A DNA stretch of 64,000 nt, taken from assembly GCA_013239625.1 (NCBI GenBank), contig MU053629.1, positions 4,801,567 through 4,865,566 on the forward strand. Direction: 5' to 3'. The notes below the pieces were generated by a model. That model worked only from the letters and a program-made list of their open reading frames with translations. It was not told the origin of the DNA and searched no databases. Both the position numbers and the translations under genes were made by a program. Shown here piece by piece: positions 46,655-60,035 of the stretch. The DNA comes from Lama guanicoe. Its lineage: Eukaryota. Each line of letters begins with the position of its first letter. The first letter of the stretch is position 1.

Positions 46655-49600
46655 TCGATGGATGCTGAATTTCATTGCTTTTTCTATTGAAAAATCTATC
46701 CCATATGATCATAATGATTTTTCTTTACCCTGTTCATATGGTAAGTTTTAATCAGTTGATTTTCAAATTTATACCAACCATGCATTCTTGGAATGACACA
46801 AACTTTGAGGATGCATTAGCTTTCGTATGTATTGTTGAATTCACTTGCTGTTACTTTGTTTAGGGTGTTTTGCACCTGTGTTCATTAGAGAGCTTGGCTT
46901 GTACCTTTCCTATCTTTTATTATCCTTCTGAGGGTTGTGCTGGTCTCAGAATTCGAGTTCGGGTATGTTTCCTCTTTTCTGTTCTCCGGAAGAATATGTG
47001 TAATTGTGGTATTTTTTTCTTTATTAAGTATTTATTAGAATTTGCCAATGTAGCCATCTGGGACTGGAGTTTTCGTTGCTGGAAGATTTAACTTATAACT
47101 TATATTTCCTTGATAGATATAGTACTGTTCAGATTTTCTATTCCTTGTTTTGTTGGTTTTTGTAAGTTGTGGTTTTCTCAGAACTGTCTCAGCTCACTTA
47201 AAATTTTAATTTATCTGAAGACGTCAAGTAGCTCATAACCTTTATAATGTTTGTCTGTAGCAGTGTCCTTTGCTCATTACTAACATTGGTAATTCACGCC
47301 TTCTTTCTTTTCTTTATCAGTTTTCCTAGGATTTCACATTTTATTAATGTTTTCATAGAATGGTCTTTTGACTTTGATCACAATCTTTGTATCGTAAATT
47401 TGTTTCTCGTTGCATTAAGTTTTGCTCTTATCTTAATGGATTCCTTTATACTTGAAAAAATATAATTTGTTGAAACATGAATGTTCATAGCAGCTTTATT
47501 CATAATAGCCCCCAGGCGGAAACGACCCAAATGCTACCAACTGATAAATGGAAAAGCAAAATGTGGTATGTCCGTACTGTGCTGGTCTGCTAGGGCTGCC
47601 AGACCCGGAGGCTTAAACAATGGACATTTACTGTCTGGAAGCTGGAAGTCCAAGATCAGGGTTTAGCAGGTTTGGTTTCTCCTGATGCCTGTTTGTCTGT
47701 CTTGTAGACGGACGCTTTCTCCTTGCGTCCTCACCCGGCCTTTTCTCTTGCCATGTGCACCCCTGGTGTCTCTTTCTCTTATAAGGCCTCTGCTCCTATT
47801 GGTTTAGGGCCCCACACTTACGATCTCATTTTACCTCAGTCACCCCCTCAAAGGCCTTATGTCCAGATAAGTTACTCTGGGGGCTAGGGCTTCAACATAC
47901 GAATTTGGGAGGAACACAATTCAATCCACAACAGTATATTACATGTTCGTGGATTTTCATACCTATGTAGGAATTCTTTGTGTGAATGTTTTCATTTATG
48001 TTCTATTTGTCTATTACTGTTGATGGGCAGTTGGCCAGTCTCTAATTTGAAGTTTTTACGACTAGAGCTTCTGTGAGCATTCTGTGTCCTTTGGTGAACA
48101 GTAACATCTGTGTTGGATGTGTACCTAAGAATTGCTAGGTCCATTAAGTATTCTTATCTTCAGGTTTACGAGATACTGACAAACAGTTATCCCACAGATT
48201 AATTTACACTCTTACCATCAGTTACTGAGAGTTCTTTTTGTCCTGCATCTCTGTCAGCACTTAGGATTATGTGATTTTTCTTTCTTTCTTTCTTCCCTTT
48301 TTTTTTTTTAAAATCAGTTCTGGAGGTAGAAAGGACTGTCTTACGATTTTGTGTTTCTACCAAGACTAATGAAGTTGAGAACCTTTTCTGTGTTTGTTGG
48401 CTGTTGGAATGTGATATATTGTGAAGTGCTTGTTCATTTTCTGTCATTCTGTTGTTTATTTGTAGGGGTTTTAAATGTATTCTGGCCACATGAATATTTC
48501 CTGTTGTTAAAAATAATCTTCTTGCACACTGTGGTTTGCCATTTTATTCTCTTTCAACTAGCAAATACTTTTATTCTTAATATAGTCCAATTTATCTTTT
48601 TAACATTAGGTAGCCTAATATGTTGACCCTGTTTAAAAAATCTTTGCACACTACAAGATGGTGACAGTGTTCTCTTCTAAGAGCTCTTTGGTTTTTTATT
48701 CATATTTAGATCTGCTGGAATTATTTTTCATGTATGATATCAGACAGGAACCAAAATTCTTTTTTTCACATGGCCCTCCAGTTAGCTCAAGACCATAGAT
48801 TAAAAGATTTTCTTTCCCCAATGTACTACAGTGTTACTTTTGCTATAACTTAGGTGACCAAATGAGTCTGAAATGGATTCTGTTTATTGGTTAATTTGTC
48901 TATGTTAGGATTGATATATTTGACCATTCTATCCATCTTCTAGTAGTTTGAAAATTATATACTTTAAAAAATTATTCTATTGTTGGTAGCTCATGATTAC
49001 AAATGAACCTCTGACTTATCAGTCTAATAATGTGAGGTAGTTTTACCTTCTTCCCAGATAACGTAAGGAATTTAGAATGCTTTAAATCCACTCATTGTCT
49101 TCCTGAACTTATATGTGATTTTTTAAAAATGTGTTTAATTCCTTATATATTTCAAACCTTGTAGGAAATTGTTATTGTTTTGGCAATCAGTAGGCAGATT
49201 TATCTACATACCTGCTTACTTTGTTCTTCTTCATTTCTTTCTGCATCTCTGTATTTCTATCTGATACCTTTTTTCATTCATCTAGTACGCACCCTTTAAT
49301 GTTTACTTTGAATCAAATCTGGTATTTATTTGTCTGAAAACGTTTTTACTTCATCTTCAGTCTTGAAGAGTGTTTCTGGCTGTGTTGCATTTCAGCACTC
49401 TGATGGTATTATGTATTTTACACTTTGTTGTTTTGTTGAGATTTTATATATCATAATTATATTGCTCTTTGGAAGGAGAGCTGTCTGTTTGCTAAGATTT
49501 TCTTTGTGCTTGAGTTTATGATTTGTCTCAGTGTGGTTTTCCTTTTTAAAATCCTCTTTGGGAGTTGGTAGGAATTTTTGCATCTGTGGCTTGAGGTCTT

Positions 49601-49930
49601 TAGTCAATTGTAGAAAATTCTCAGCCATTATCTCTTCAAGTATTGTTTCTGCATCATTTCTCTCTCTTTTACATATGGGGCTCCAATTATACATATGTTC
49701 AACTTTCTTAGCTTATTCCTTGCTTTCACTTCTATATTTAATTTGTTTTTGACTCTTCATGCAATCTGGATATTTCTTCAGGTTTTTTTTTTTTTAGTAT
49801 ATTAATTCTCTCCTCAGCTTTGTCTAATTGGCCATTAATTCCACACATTGAGTTTCTATTTGTCAGTTATGGTATCTTTCACATCTGGAATTTCTATTTT
49901 GTCCTTTTTTATGGTTTCTAGTTCTTTGAT
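46655..49930 (-). mobile_element. Old L1 fragments (ORF2 and ORF1 remnants), with an MLT1 LTR at ~47575-47935
   Basis: T-rich antisense L1. ORF1-like peptide ETILEEIMAENFLQLTKDLKPQMQ (49392-49694, -). MLT1 motifs GCTGGAAGTCCAAGATCAGGG and CTTCAACATACGAATTTGGG. Confidence 0.7.
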
Positions 49931-49934
49931 TAAG

Positions 49935-52900
49935 TTCTGAGAGAATACAAAGAGTTGCTCAGTACATTCTCAAGCAGGTAGACTCTTTCCCTAAGGCTGG
50001 CTTTAGAAACATCTGAGGAGCTGTTAGAACATGGATCGTGCCCTGCGAACAGCTCTCTATTGACTAAAAAAGAGCTTCTTGGTTTATGGATGGATGTTCC
50101 GAGGTGAGTGGATGGCATCCTGTTTGGAAGGCTGCTACTCTGATTGAAAAATGTAAAAACAAATCAGCTCAGTGGACTGAACTGCATGCTGTTTGCCCCC
50201 CTGTTTGAGTTTTTACTAACTTACGGGCAGTAGCCAATGGCCTGGCCGTGTGGTTAGGCAGAAGGACCATGGAAAACTGACCTAGGAAAGAGATTACCGT
50301 ATGGGGTGCAGCCCTATGGAAGCTGCTTTGGGAATGTGAGGGGTGTATTAAGATAGAACATGTTAATGCCTATCTTATTTGTGCCTGGGTTGTCATTTAT
50401 AAAGGTGACTGAGTGATGACACTTAGAGATTATTGCCGTTGAAAGAAGATTTTTTTTATCACTCACATTTCCTGAGTTGGGGCTGAGGGGCTTCTTACGC
50501 AATATAGGGCCATGGGGAGAAGCACCAGTGTTGGTCAGGAGGCAGAAAGGAGCAAAGGGAAGGCATAGGTCACAGCCTTTGTTGGGGTTTCTGTGGGAAA
50601 CACAAGGTGGGGCAACATAAATAGCTCAGAATCAGGTAGTTTGAAAGGTTCCAGTGGGCTTTGGGGTAGTGGGGCTGTCTCTCATAGTCTGGTATCTGGC
50701 CCTGGGATGGTTTAGGGCAGGGGAAAGTTTGGATTGGCGTGTGAGAGTGAACGAAAGAGGTGATTCAGAGTATGGACTCTGGGCCTCAGGGAAGATGCAA
50801 ACAACTTTGGCTGTTAGTTTGGCCCTGTGATTAATGGATGCCAGGCAGACAAAAATCTAAGAACATAGTAGTTTCATGATCAGAAGGTCATTGGAGCAGT
50901 GAGTAGATGTCCAGTTGTGCTCACCTGAGGTGGCCCCCTAGGTCCTTGAAAGAAAAGGAAATGGGAGCTGCAATAATGCAGATAGGGGCTGAATTTAGAT
51001 ATATTCCTCTTATACCCTCTGAGGCACAAAATGCCAATGAGAACTGTTCCATCAGCCAACAAGAGAGATAAAGATTGCAGAGAGCTATGGGGAAGATCCC
51101 CTGGGGGGAGCGCCCTGAACATAGCTGGCAAATGGGACTGATGCTGGTAATGCTGGGAGGCTGCAAATGGGTCCGATAAGAACAAACACTTACTCTGGAC
51201 TGGCTTTGCGTACCCAGCTGTAGGTGGAAGTGCTCAGTGTGCTATAAAAGAACTGGAACAACGACGCTACACCAGTTTGTACTTCCAAGTCGCATTTCTC
51301 CAGACCAAGGAGCTTGCTTTATAGCCCATAGTGTCCAACAACAGGCAGAGAGACATCCTCCTACTATTGCTGGACGATAGTAATATCTTGACAGAGAATT
51401 GGAATGGGCGAAAACATTGGTGGTCTAAAAGGAGAGGGGGTTTAGGCATGAAGGGTTGGCTTACACACTTCATGAACATGTGCTTATACTCAGCCTAAAG
51501 GGTACCAAGCCAGTGTTCCCACGAAATAGATTTCTCTATTTTTTTTTGGTGAATTTGGGGAATAGGGGCTGGTGGTAGGAGAGAATGTTCATGTGACTAT
51601 ACAGTTCTCCCTGTGGGTGGGGGGGGGATGATGACACAACCATGCATTTTTCTTCTTTGCCCCATCACCTCAACTTCTTTTTCCTACCTGATGGAGTGGT
51701 CCTAGGAACAGGGTGACAACTGTCCGTGCTGGAAGCAGGGATGACTCCTAAGGAGGAAACCATAATTAGACTTTTAAACCTTTATGTCAGAATTCCTAAG
51801 GGCCCATTGGAGTACATTGTGTCTTCATCTCATCTAGCACAATTGGGGTGAATAGTGAATGCAGCTATATGACCTAGTGGTAGAAATAGCCCACTAGTTC
51901 TGTACCCATGTAACCCTTTCCTAGATGAAGGAGCGTGAGCTGAGAGGAAGGCAGTTGCTAGAAAAGTACTTCGATCTAGAGCAGCATAATGACTGAATCC
52001 AACATTCCTTCCAAAGGTGGAAAGCTTTGGGTATGAATGGAAAGAAAGAATAGTAGCTGAGGGTAAATGAATGAATGAATAAGTTATGCAATGAGGGAAA
52101 TCTAGTATTATGTTAATACCTGGAAAGAAGCTCAGAACAAGAGCTGATACTGTCTGTTAGCTCAATTATACCAGATATCTGAAAGGGTGAAGCCATATAT
52201 TTCTAGGACCAGCCCTGCTATTGACAAGTTCCCATAGAAACCTGCAAACCTATGTAACCTTGCCCTGGGACACAGTTTGGTCATATGATATGATAATGGA
52301 CTGGACTAATTATTAATAGTAACTGAAGGGGACTCTAAGAATGTGCCAATATCTTTTTACTCTTATTTTTCAAGTGATATCTACTGTAGCGTGATAATGA
52401 TGTAACATTGACATTGTTCATAAGATTATAACGATGAGACTGATGGTCAAATATATTGGGGAATTGAATTAAAAGCCTCCTATTCCTATCCCACACTGGC
52501 TCTTCCAAACATTAGACATATTTGTTACTGAACTCAGGTTCAACTGCTTGCCACTTGAAAGTGCTGGGAGGAACAGAAAGGTTGCTTCACTCAGGGGGCT
52601 GGCAACCTGGGTAGATGGTGGACTCGTGTCCAAAAACCAACTCTAAAGATTCTGCTCTACCATGGAAGTTTTAAAGGGAGAATCATTGGGGAGGGAGGGG
52701 GTCGTTCTCTTCCACTGTCTGCAGACTTCTGATTGGTTGGTGGTGAGGTCACAAGGCGGTGTCCAGGATTCCTGGGCTCAGCCTGAAGTTACCATCCTCC
52801 ACCTGGGTGGGGGCCTTAGTTCTACAGAAAAACTCAAAGGTACTGCCATGTATATTCCTTGAGGAGGACTCAGGACCCTGCCCCAAGGCTGCATTATTGT

Positions 52901-53196
52901 TTCTTAATTGCTCCTCCTTTGTTTCTGCATTCCCTCCCTTCCCTGATAAGCAACTGTTTGAACCTGCCCTTTGGAACTCAGGGAAGGTCAAGGAGGCTGA
53001 ATGGAGCCTACTTCCTACAAATAAGAAACGGGGAGACAGGAAAGGATTTGTACCCTTGAGGGCCCCACAGGGTCCTGCTCCATTTCATATTCATGTTGGA
53101 CTGTTGCTGTGTATGTTACATAAATGTTACTCCAAATGTACATGCTTAGAGAGGGTTGATTGTTTTGTTGTAAAGGAACCATGACCAAAGACCAGG
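49935..53196 (+). mobile_element. Class III (ERVL-like, probably MER21-int) internal remnant: RNase H and integrase
   Basis: Degenerate peptides WFMDG (~50080), SAQWTELHAV (~50164), VFTNLRAVANGLAVW (~50209) and integrase-like SWQ..TYSGL (~51123-51205). Ends in a purine-rich tract AAAGACCAGGGGTGG just before the LTR. Confidence 0.7.
52523..53087. mobile_element. ERV1-type solo LTR nested in the ERVL remnant
   Basis: TG...CA termini (TGTTACTGAA...CATTTCA) and a 4-bp TSD TATT at 52519-52522 and 53088-53091. Confidence 0.75.
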
Positions 53197-53199
53197 GGT

Positions 53200-53960
53200 G
53201 GCCTGAGTTTTATAAGAAGGAATTTGTCTGGTGTTTGTTCAGAGTTCCTGGCAAAGAGCTTCTAAAACCCTTGGAATTTCCCAAGTGATCGGAGTGTCTT
53301 TGTAATTCATGAGCCCATGGGTCACATATGAGTTTATGAGTTTATGCTAATGAGATGACTCAGGGTGAGCCCTCACATAGCCACAGGTCAGGGGCTGGTT
53401 TGAGCTCTGTTATATCAGCCTGACCTCCCAACCTCCCGGGAGGGGATGGCACCTGCAGATGTAGTTAAATCATGTGGCCAGTGATTCAGTGACGCTTGCC
53501 TAGGTAATGAAACTCCAGCAAAAACTGAGACACTGAGCTCTGTAGGACTTCCTGGTTAGTGAGCACATCTGTGGGCCAGGAGAGTGATATGCCCTGATTC
53601 CATGGGTGGGGGGCCCAGAGCACTGTGTTCAGGGACTTCCCAAACCTTGCCCTACGCGTCTGTCTCCCTTCACTTGGCTGCTCCTTTATAATAAAACTGT
53701 TACGGTAAGTGTAGTGCTTTCCTGATTTCTGTGAGCCATTCTAGTGAAATATTGAGCTGGAGGGGAGTCATGGGAACCCTCAAATTTGTAGCCAGTTGGT
53801 CAGAAACTACACGGAGGCTGGGGGGGACCCCCAAAGTGTGGCTGGTATCTGAAGTGAGGACAGTCTGGTTAGGAACTGGCCATGCCCTTAAACCTGTGAG
53901 GTTTGCTGCTAACTCCAGGTGGTCAGCCTCCAAATTGCATCTCAGTGCACCAGTCGGTAT
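53200..53960 (+). mobile_element. MER21-family LTR (3' LTR)
   Basis: GTTCCTGGCAAAGAGCTTCTAAAACCCTTGGAATTTCC and AATAAAACTGT...GTAAGTGTAGTGCTTTCCTGA are recalled MER21 hallmarks. Confidence 0.75.
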
Positions 53961-54269
53961 GAGAAGAGACTCTAATTTTTATCCTTTGCTCCAAAGGCTG
54001 ACAGATCTCTGCTCGACTTCTCAACCTCTCAAATGCCTCTTCTGGACCCATCTGACGCCCACTGGAGTAAGGCAACACTAAATCCTGAGCTTACCTCTAG
54101 GTTTTCTCTTTCTGGATTTTGACCCTGTAAGTTTTCATTGCCTTGCTCCGTCTTCCACCCTCCAGTCGGATGTTTTTCATATCCTGTCCAGCTTTTCTCA
54201 TTGTCCTCAGTTTGGTCTGTGTAGCCAGTCTCTCCATTAATGGAAATGAAAATCCCTGTTTGCATAGAT

Positions 54270-56200
54270 TTATTTTTTTCATTGTGGTTACATAGACATG
54301 AACACAAAATGTATCATTTCAGCCATTCTTAAAAAATGTACGGTCCAGCGGCATTTAGTACATTTTCAGTGTTGTTCAGTCATCCCCACGGCCTATTTTC
54401 AGAACATTTTCATCACCTCAAAAGGAAAACCCCACATCCAGTAACAGTCTCTCGCCATCCTCTCTCCGCCCAGCCCCTGGCAACCACTCATCTGCTTTCT
54501 GTCTCTATGGATTTGTCTGTTCTGGACACTTCATATAAATGGAATCATACAACACACAGGCCTTTTTGTGTCTGGCTTCTGTCACTTAGCATGTTTTCAA
54601 GGTCATGGATATTTTACATGTGGTGTTTTCTAAATTTTCTGCAGTTTCTGGTTTCGATTTCCTCTTTGCCACAGAAGGCATTTAGAAGACTTTTGTAATT
54701 TTTATTCTATTTTTGTTATTCATTGTTCATTTTGGTGCACTGCGGTCAGAAAATAGGACTTGATTCTATTGCTATTTTTTTATAAATTATTTTTCAAAAT
54801 CTGATAGTGCAAATCAGATTTTGTAAAAGTCTCAGGGAGGCTGGAAAATAAGTTATAATCTCTTACTTCAGGATGTCTACATATTTATGCTCTATTTACC
54901 TGTCTAACCAGCTAGTTTGCGCTCTCTCATCAATCTCATTAACTATGTTATTCACAGTCTCCAAATTTATCTCCAAAAATGTTATTTTTTTCATCTATCT
55001 GCTTTGTCAAGTTCTGAGAGAGGTGAGTTAAAGCACCTTGCTGTGCTTTTATTTCTCTGCTTATTTCAGTCTTGTTACTCTGTCAATTAGTCCTTATAAT
55101 TGTGATAGTTTTATTTTATGTTTTCCAGTGCTGTTACTTATTAGAGCATTTCTTAGCTTGAATTCAGCCTGTTGTTATTAACAGAATTCTTGCCTGCTTT
55201 TTGTTTGCATTCGCATGCAGTGTGTTGGTTCCTCCATTCATTTCAGCCTCCCTGGGTTTTTTGGTTTTAGGTATATCTCTTGTTGCTAACATGTAGCTGT
55301 CTTTCATTTTCTTTTAAACAGTGAGTTTATATTAGTTGCATTCATCCCTGGAACAGATAGGTTTAGTCTCCGTCTGTCATAATTTGTATTCTCTGCTTTT
55401 ACGCTTCTGTGTGCTCCGTTTTTGTTTGTTGCGTTCTGGCAATTTGGAAGGTGTTCAGACTGTTTTTAGTTCTACTGGTGGTTACCTTTGTATTTTTAAA
55501 TAATATGTTTATCCAGTATTTCTCAATGTGCTGTCTTCAGAAAAGAAACAATATCATTTCTCCTAAGAAAAATAAGGACCTTGGTGATTTAAAGAGTCTT
55601 CCTTGCAGCTGCTTTGGAAAACCATATGGGCAATTCTTCAAAAAATTAAACAAAGAATTACCGTATGACTCAGCAGTCTCACTCCTGGGTGTAGAAGTGA
55701 AAGCAGAAACTCCAACAGATATCTGTGCACCCATGTTCATAGCAGCATTATTCACACTAGCCAAAGAGTGGAAGTAGCCTCTGTCCATCTCCAGATGAAT
55801 GGATATACGGAATGTGGGATTTGAATATTATTCAGCCTTAAAAATGAGAGAAATTCTGACAAGCGGTATAGTATGGACAAACCTAGGAGACATTATGCTA
55901 AATGGAAGAAGCCAGCAAGAAAAGACAAATACTGTATGATTCCTTTGATATAAGATTCCTAAAATAGTCAGGTACATAGAGATAGGAACTAAGGTGGTGG
56001 TTGCCAAGGGCTGGAGGCAGACGGCCAGGGAGTCACTGTTTAATGGGCACAGAGTTTCACTTGGGAAGATGAAAAAAGCTCTGGAGATGGATGGTGGTGG
56101 TGACTGCCCAATAATGCGAATGCACTTAATGCCACAGAGATGCACATTTTAAAATAGTTAAGATGGTAAATTTAATTTATGTATATTTCACCAAAATAGA
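54270..56200. mobile_element. L1 fragments: L1MB-type 3' end on - (54270-54610), old L1, and L1MB-type 3' end on + (55605-56200)
   Basis: Peptide FFKKLNKELPYDSAVSLLG..ICAPMFIAALFTLAK (L1 ORF2 C-terminus) and typical 3' UTR motifs. Confidence 0.75.
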
Positions 56201-56585
56201 AACAAACATCATCCCTTTTCCTTCTATTTCTTCCCATCTCCCTTTTAAATGACAGTTTTAGCATTTCCCCCTCATGGTTTTTCATCAGCAGCAGCAACAA
56301 CATTTTGTAGGCTTTTTTATTCACTCTAACAATTGTATTATTTTCCTGGTAAATATAATCATTATAGCTATATATGCTTAATCATATGTTTAAATAGATT
56401 TAATGCCTACCACCATTCTTTTTATTTTTTTAAACATTTTTAATTGAAGTACAGTTGATTTACAATGTTGTGTTAGTTTCTGATGTATAGCACAGTGATT
56501 CAGTTGTACATATATATATATTTATTCTACTTCATTACCTATCACCATTCTTTCAAGACCTCAATTTCCCTCTATGTAAGTTCTT

Positions 56586-56819
56586 TTTTATATAGCTTTA
56601 AAAAGTTTTTTGGGGGGATAGGTAGTAATTAGGTTTATTTGTTTATTTATTTTTGACAGAGGACCTTGTGCATGCTAAGCATGTGCTCTACCACTGGGCT
56701 ACACCCATTACCCCTCTACCCAAGTTCTTTTTTTTTTTTTTAATGGAGGTACTGGGGATCGAACCCAGGACCTTGGGCACGCTAAGCATGTGCTCTACTA
56801 CTGAGCTATACCCTCCCCT
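56586..56819 (-). mobile_element. Two tandem Vic-1-like SINEs
   Basis: Two reverse A/B-box heads, delimited by AAGTTCTT at 56578, 56722 and 56820. Confidence 0.85.
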
Positions 56820-57082
56820 AAGTTCTTAATTTGAGTTCACCTTTTGGTTGTTTTTATCATGTCTTCAGAGAAAGTGATAGATTTCCTGATGACAGAAGGA
56901 ATGATACGAATGTTGCTGTGATGCTAATGTGATGTCTTTGGAGGAAGACCCTTCCCACCAGGGCAGGGCAACAGCTTCCCTGTTGTTGCAGGCTCTGGGG
57001 TGCCCCGTGTTCCCTTTGGTTCCCCTCAACTCTTGCCTATACCTTATCTAGTGTCCATCTCTTCATTTAATTCTCCTTGGGT

Positions 57083-57336
57083 TGTGGTTACCGGGGGGGG
57101 GAGGGGTAGAGGGTGGGAAGGGATAGACTGGGATTTCAAAATTGTAGAATAGATAAACAAGATTACACTGTATAGCACAGGGAAATATACACAAAATGTT
57201 ATGATAAATCACAGAGAAAAAAATGTGACAATGAGTGTGTATATGTCCATGAATGACTGAAAAATTGTGCTGAACACTGGAATTTGACACAACACTGTAA
57301 AATGATTATGAATCAATAAAAAAAAGGAAAAAAAAG
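57083..57336 (+). mobile_element. Young lineage-specific L1 3' end
   Basis: G-rich tract, AATAAA and A tail. Perfect 14-bp TSD AATTCTCCTTGGGT at 57069-57082 and 57337-57350. Confidence 0.88.
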
Positions 57337-59827
57337 AATTCTCCTTGGGTATCCAGCTTGAGAGCGGCTTCTGTTTCCCCCATGCCTGAGCAGCCTCTTC
57401 CTCCTCTGTCTTCAGCCTGCCCCTGCCTCCTGCCCCCTTTCTCTCCCTCCCCCCTGCCTTCCCGCACGCCTGCCCCTCCCCATTCTCTTTCTTTAGTCTG
57501 CTCCTTTGGGGGCTAGGTGATGGGCAAGTATGTTGCTAACATATCAAGCTCCTCATCTGGTCTGTGGTTGCTCTTGTCCCTGGGTGGCCAAGAACACAGT
57601 ATTCCTTCTTTCTGCACCGCTCTGTATCCTGGCTGGTTTTCAGAATGTGCAGCCCCATCGCCCAGCCTCTCTCAGCAGCCCCACCCTTGCCAGCAACCCG
57701 ACAGAGCTCACAGTTCTCCCATGCTTTCTTCCTATAGACAACCCATTTATTTCCCAGTCTGACATCTCTTGAGAGACCAAATCTCTTACATCAGTGTCTA
57801 GATGGAGCATTTGCCGATTCAGTCCAAGACATTATGAGTTGCGTTTTTATTGCTTTCCCAATCCTTGTGCACAGATTTTATTGTGCTCGGAGTTTAAAAT
57901 GTAATAAACAAGGAGAAAAAAAATTTTTTTTTAAGTCACTGACTGAAGACTGCAGCCTAAGAAAATCTTTAACAGACCCTTGTAAGTTCTGTTGCTGGGG
58001 AGTTACTTGTCCAACAGACCTGGAACAGTTTAAAAAAGGAGGAGTGGGGGTTTGGTTAACATTAAAGAAACACAAAGAGTTTTCATCTGGCTCTGGGGGA
58101 GACCAGAGCCACAGAGGGAACAAGAAAAGAAAGAGGGGATTGAGCATTTTTGCAAACAAATGATAAAACTGCCTTTTAAAGAAGTTGGGGGGGGGACCCC
58201 TTGTCCAAACAAGACTTTTGCCAGGGTAGGAAATCATTTCTGCAATTGTTTACAATGCTCAGGCAGCCCGTCCAAAGTCAACATGGCCTGGGAGCGTTGC
58301 CTTGGAGCCTCCTGCTCTTTGCCAGCCGCCTGCCAGCTCGGGCTCAGCTATTTCTGGGACTTAGTTCCCTCCCTTGAAAAACAAACTGTGGCCCTCACTG
58401 TCATCCCCAATAAAACCCCTAGTTTCTGCAGCCTTAATCCTGTTTTCCAAGAGAGTCGTCCAAATGGGGGCCTGGATGCTAAGTGTTGGGTGTCAGAGAG
58501 TCAGTGGGGGCAGAAGCCTTTCATCTGCAAGGTGCCAAGGTGGAAATTTCCATTGCACTCCAAGACGGCTTCACCTGTGGCCAAGGGAACCCATTCTGTC
58601 TCCAAAGGGGAGACCCTGGCTAATGGACGTCCTGAAATGCGTGCCCCTTCTTACAGTCTGTTCTATAAATCCAGGGCAAAGTTTGCTTTCACTGAAAAGC
58701 ACTGTGATTACTAGTAATAACTCTCTACACCTGGCTATCACTTTCGTGTAGAAAAGATTTCTACTTCTGTTATCTTACCTGATTGCCACCATGAGAAAGG
58801 CATTAATTACATAATCTCACTTATGTAATTAATTCATCTATTCACTTCCTGGTTTTGTGTTAATCATACAGTCAGATGGTTTGAAGAATTTCAACTGAGA
58901 ATACAGTCTCCCTTTCATTCTGTCCCTCATCCTCTCAGCCTGCACCTACCTGTGGGTAACCACTGTTGTTCATTTCTTGGGTATCTTTCCAGAAATGTTT
59001 TATGCATGTGTAAGCAAGTTGGAGTGGTACAAGGAAAGAGTAGTGCACTGAGACAGAATAGTCCCAGGGACTAGTCCTAGCTCTGCTTCTCATCTGCTGT
59101 GTGACTTCCTACGTGCCACTCTCCCTCTCTGGACCTCACACCCGTCATTTGTGAAAACGGGTACTAACAGCTAACGTTCCTTAGACTTATGTTTATGACG
59201 TGTATTAGTTGAATTAAGTTCACCACAACCATATAAGGAGGCATTATTAGCCTGATTTATCAATGACAGAACTGAGGCACAGAGAAATTAAATAACTCAC
59301 CCACGTCACGGCTAGAGGAGAGCCTGAAGTTTATGAAGCCAGGCAGCCTAACAGCAGCGCTCACAGCCACGTAGACCACTGCGCTGTACACTGCAGTCCA
59401 CTGATTGACAATACTGATAATGGCTTGAGGCCGGAGGCTGATCCAGGGAGGTTCCTCCCAAGTCTGATATCTATGGTCCTGTGTCCAGTTCCTGTGAGAC
59501 TCTGGCCAGGCAGCTCTGACTCACTCAACCCCATTTAGACGGACAGCTGGCAGAGAGCAGCAGGCAGGAGGGCAAGGCTCAGGCACGAACCCTGATGTCA
59601 GCCCAGCGTCTCCCTCTCTGTCCCTCCAGGGGCATCAGGACGACTTAGAAACAATTTTGTATTTTTATCAAAAGTAGTAATGTACATAATTTAAAAAAAA
59701 ACCAACTAGTGAACTAGTATTTGGAGACTTAAAACAAAAAGACAGCATCCCAGAACAACTGCTTAACCCTTCTACTTCTTTACGTATTTATCTCCATTAT
59801 TCGAAATGAAGGGGTTACTTTTTCTGT

Positions 59828-60035
59828 AAGAGGGCAAACTTTTTCTGTAAAAATGCTACACAGTAAATATTTGCAGCTTCCTGGACCATGCAGTCTTTGT
59901 TGCCACTATTCAGATCTCCTTGTATCTAGAAAGCAGCCGTAGGCAATGTAGGTAAACGAGTGGGTATGGATGTGTCCCAGTACTTTAGTTACAAAAACAG
60001 ATTTGGCCGGTGGGCTGTGGTTGGTTGACACCTGT
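59828..60035. mobile_element. MER58-like hAT DNA transposon remnant
   Basis: GGCAAACTTTTTCTGTAAA...AAAGCAGCCGTAGGCAAT...GATTTGGCC...ACACCTG, matching recalled MER58. Confidence 0.65.

Noticed and set aside
58052..58714. 220-aa ORF as a novel gene
   Set aside because: Non-ATG start, no recognisable domain and no exon signals I can support.
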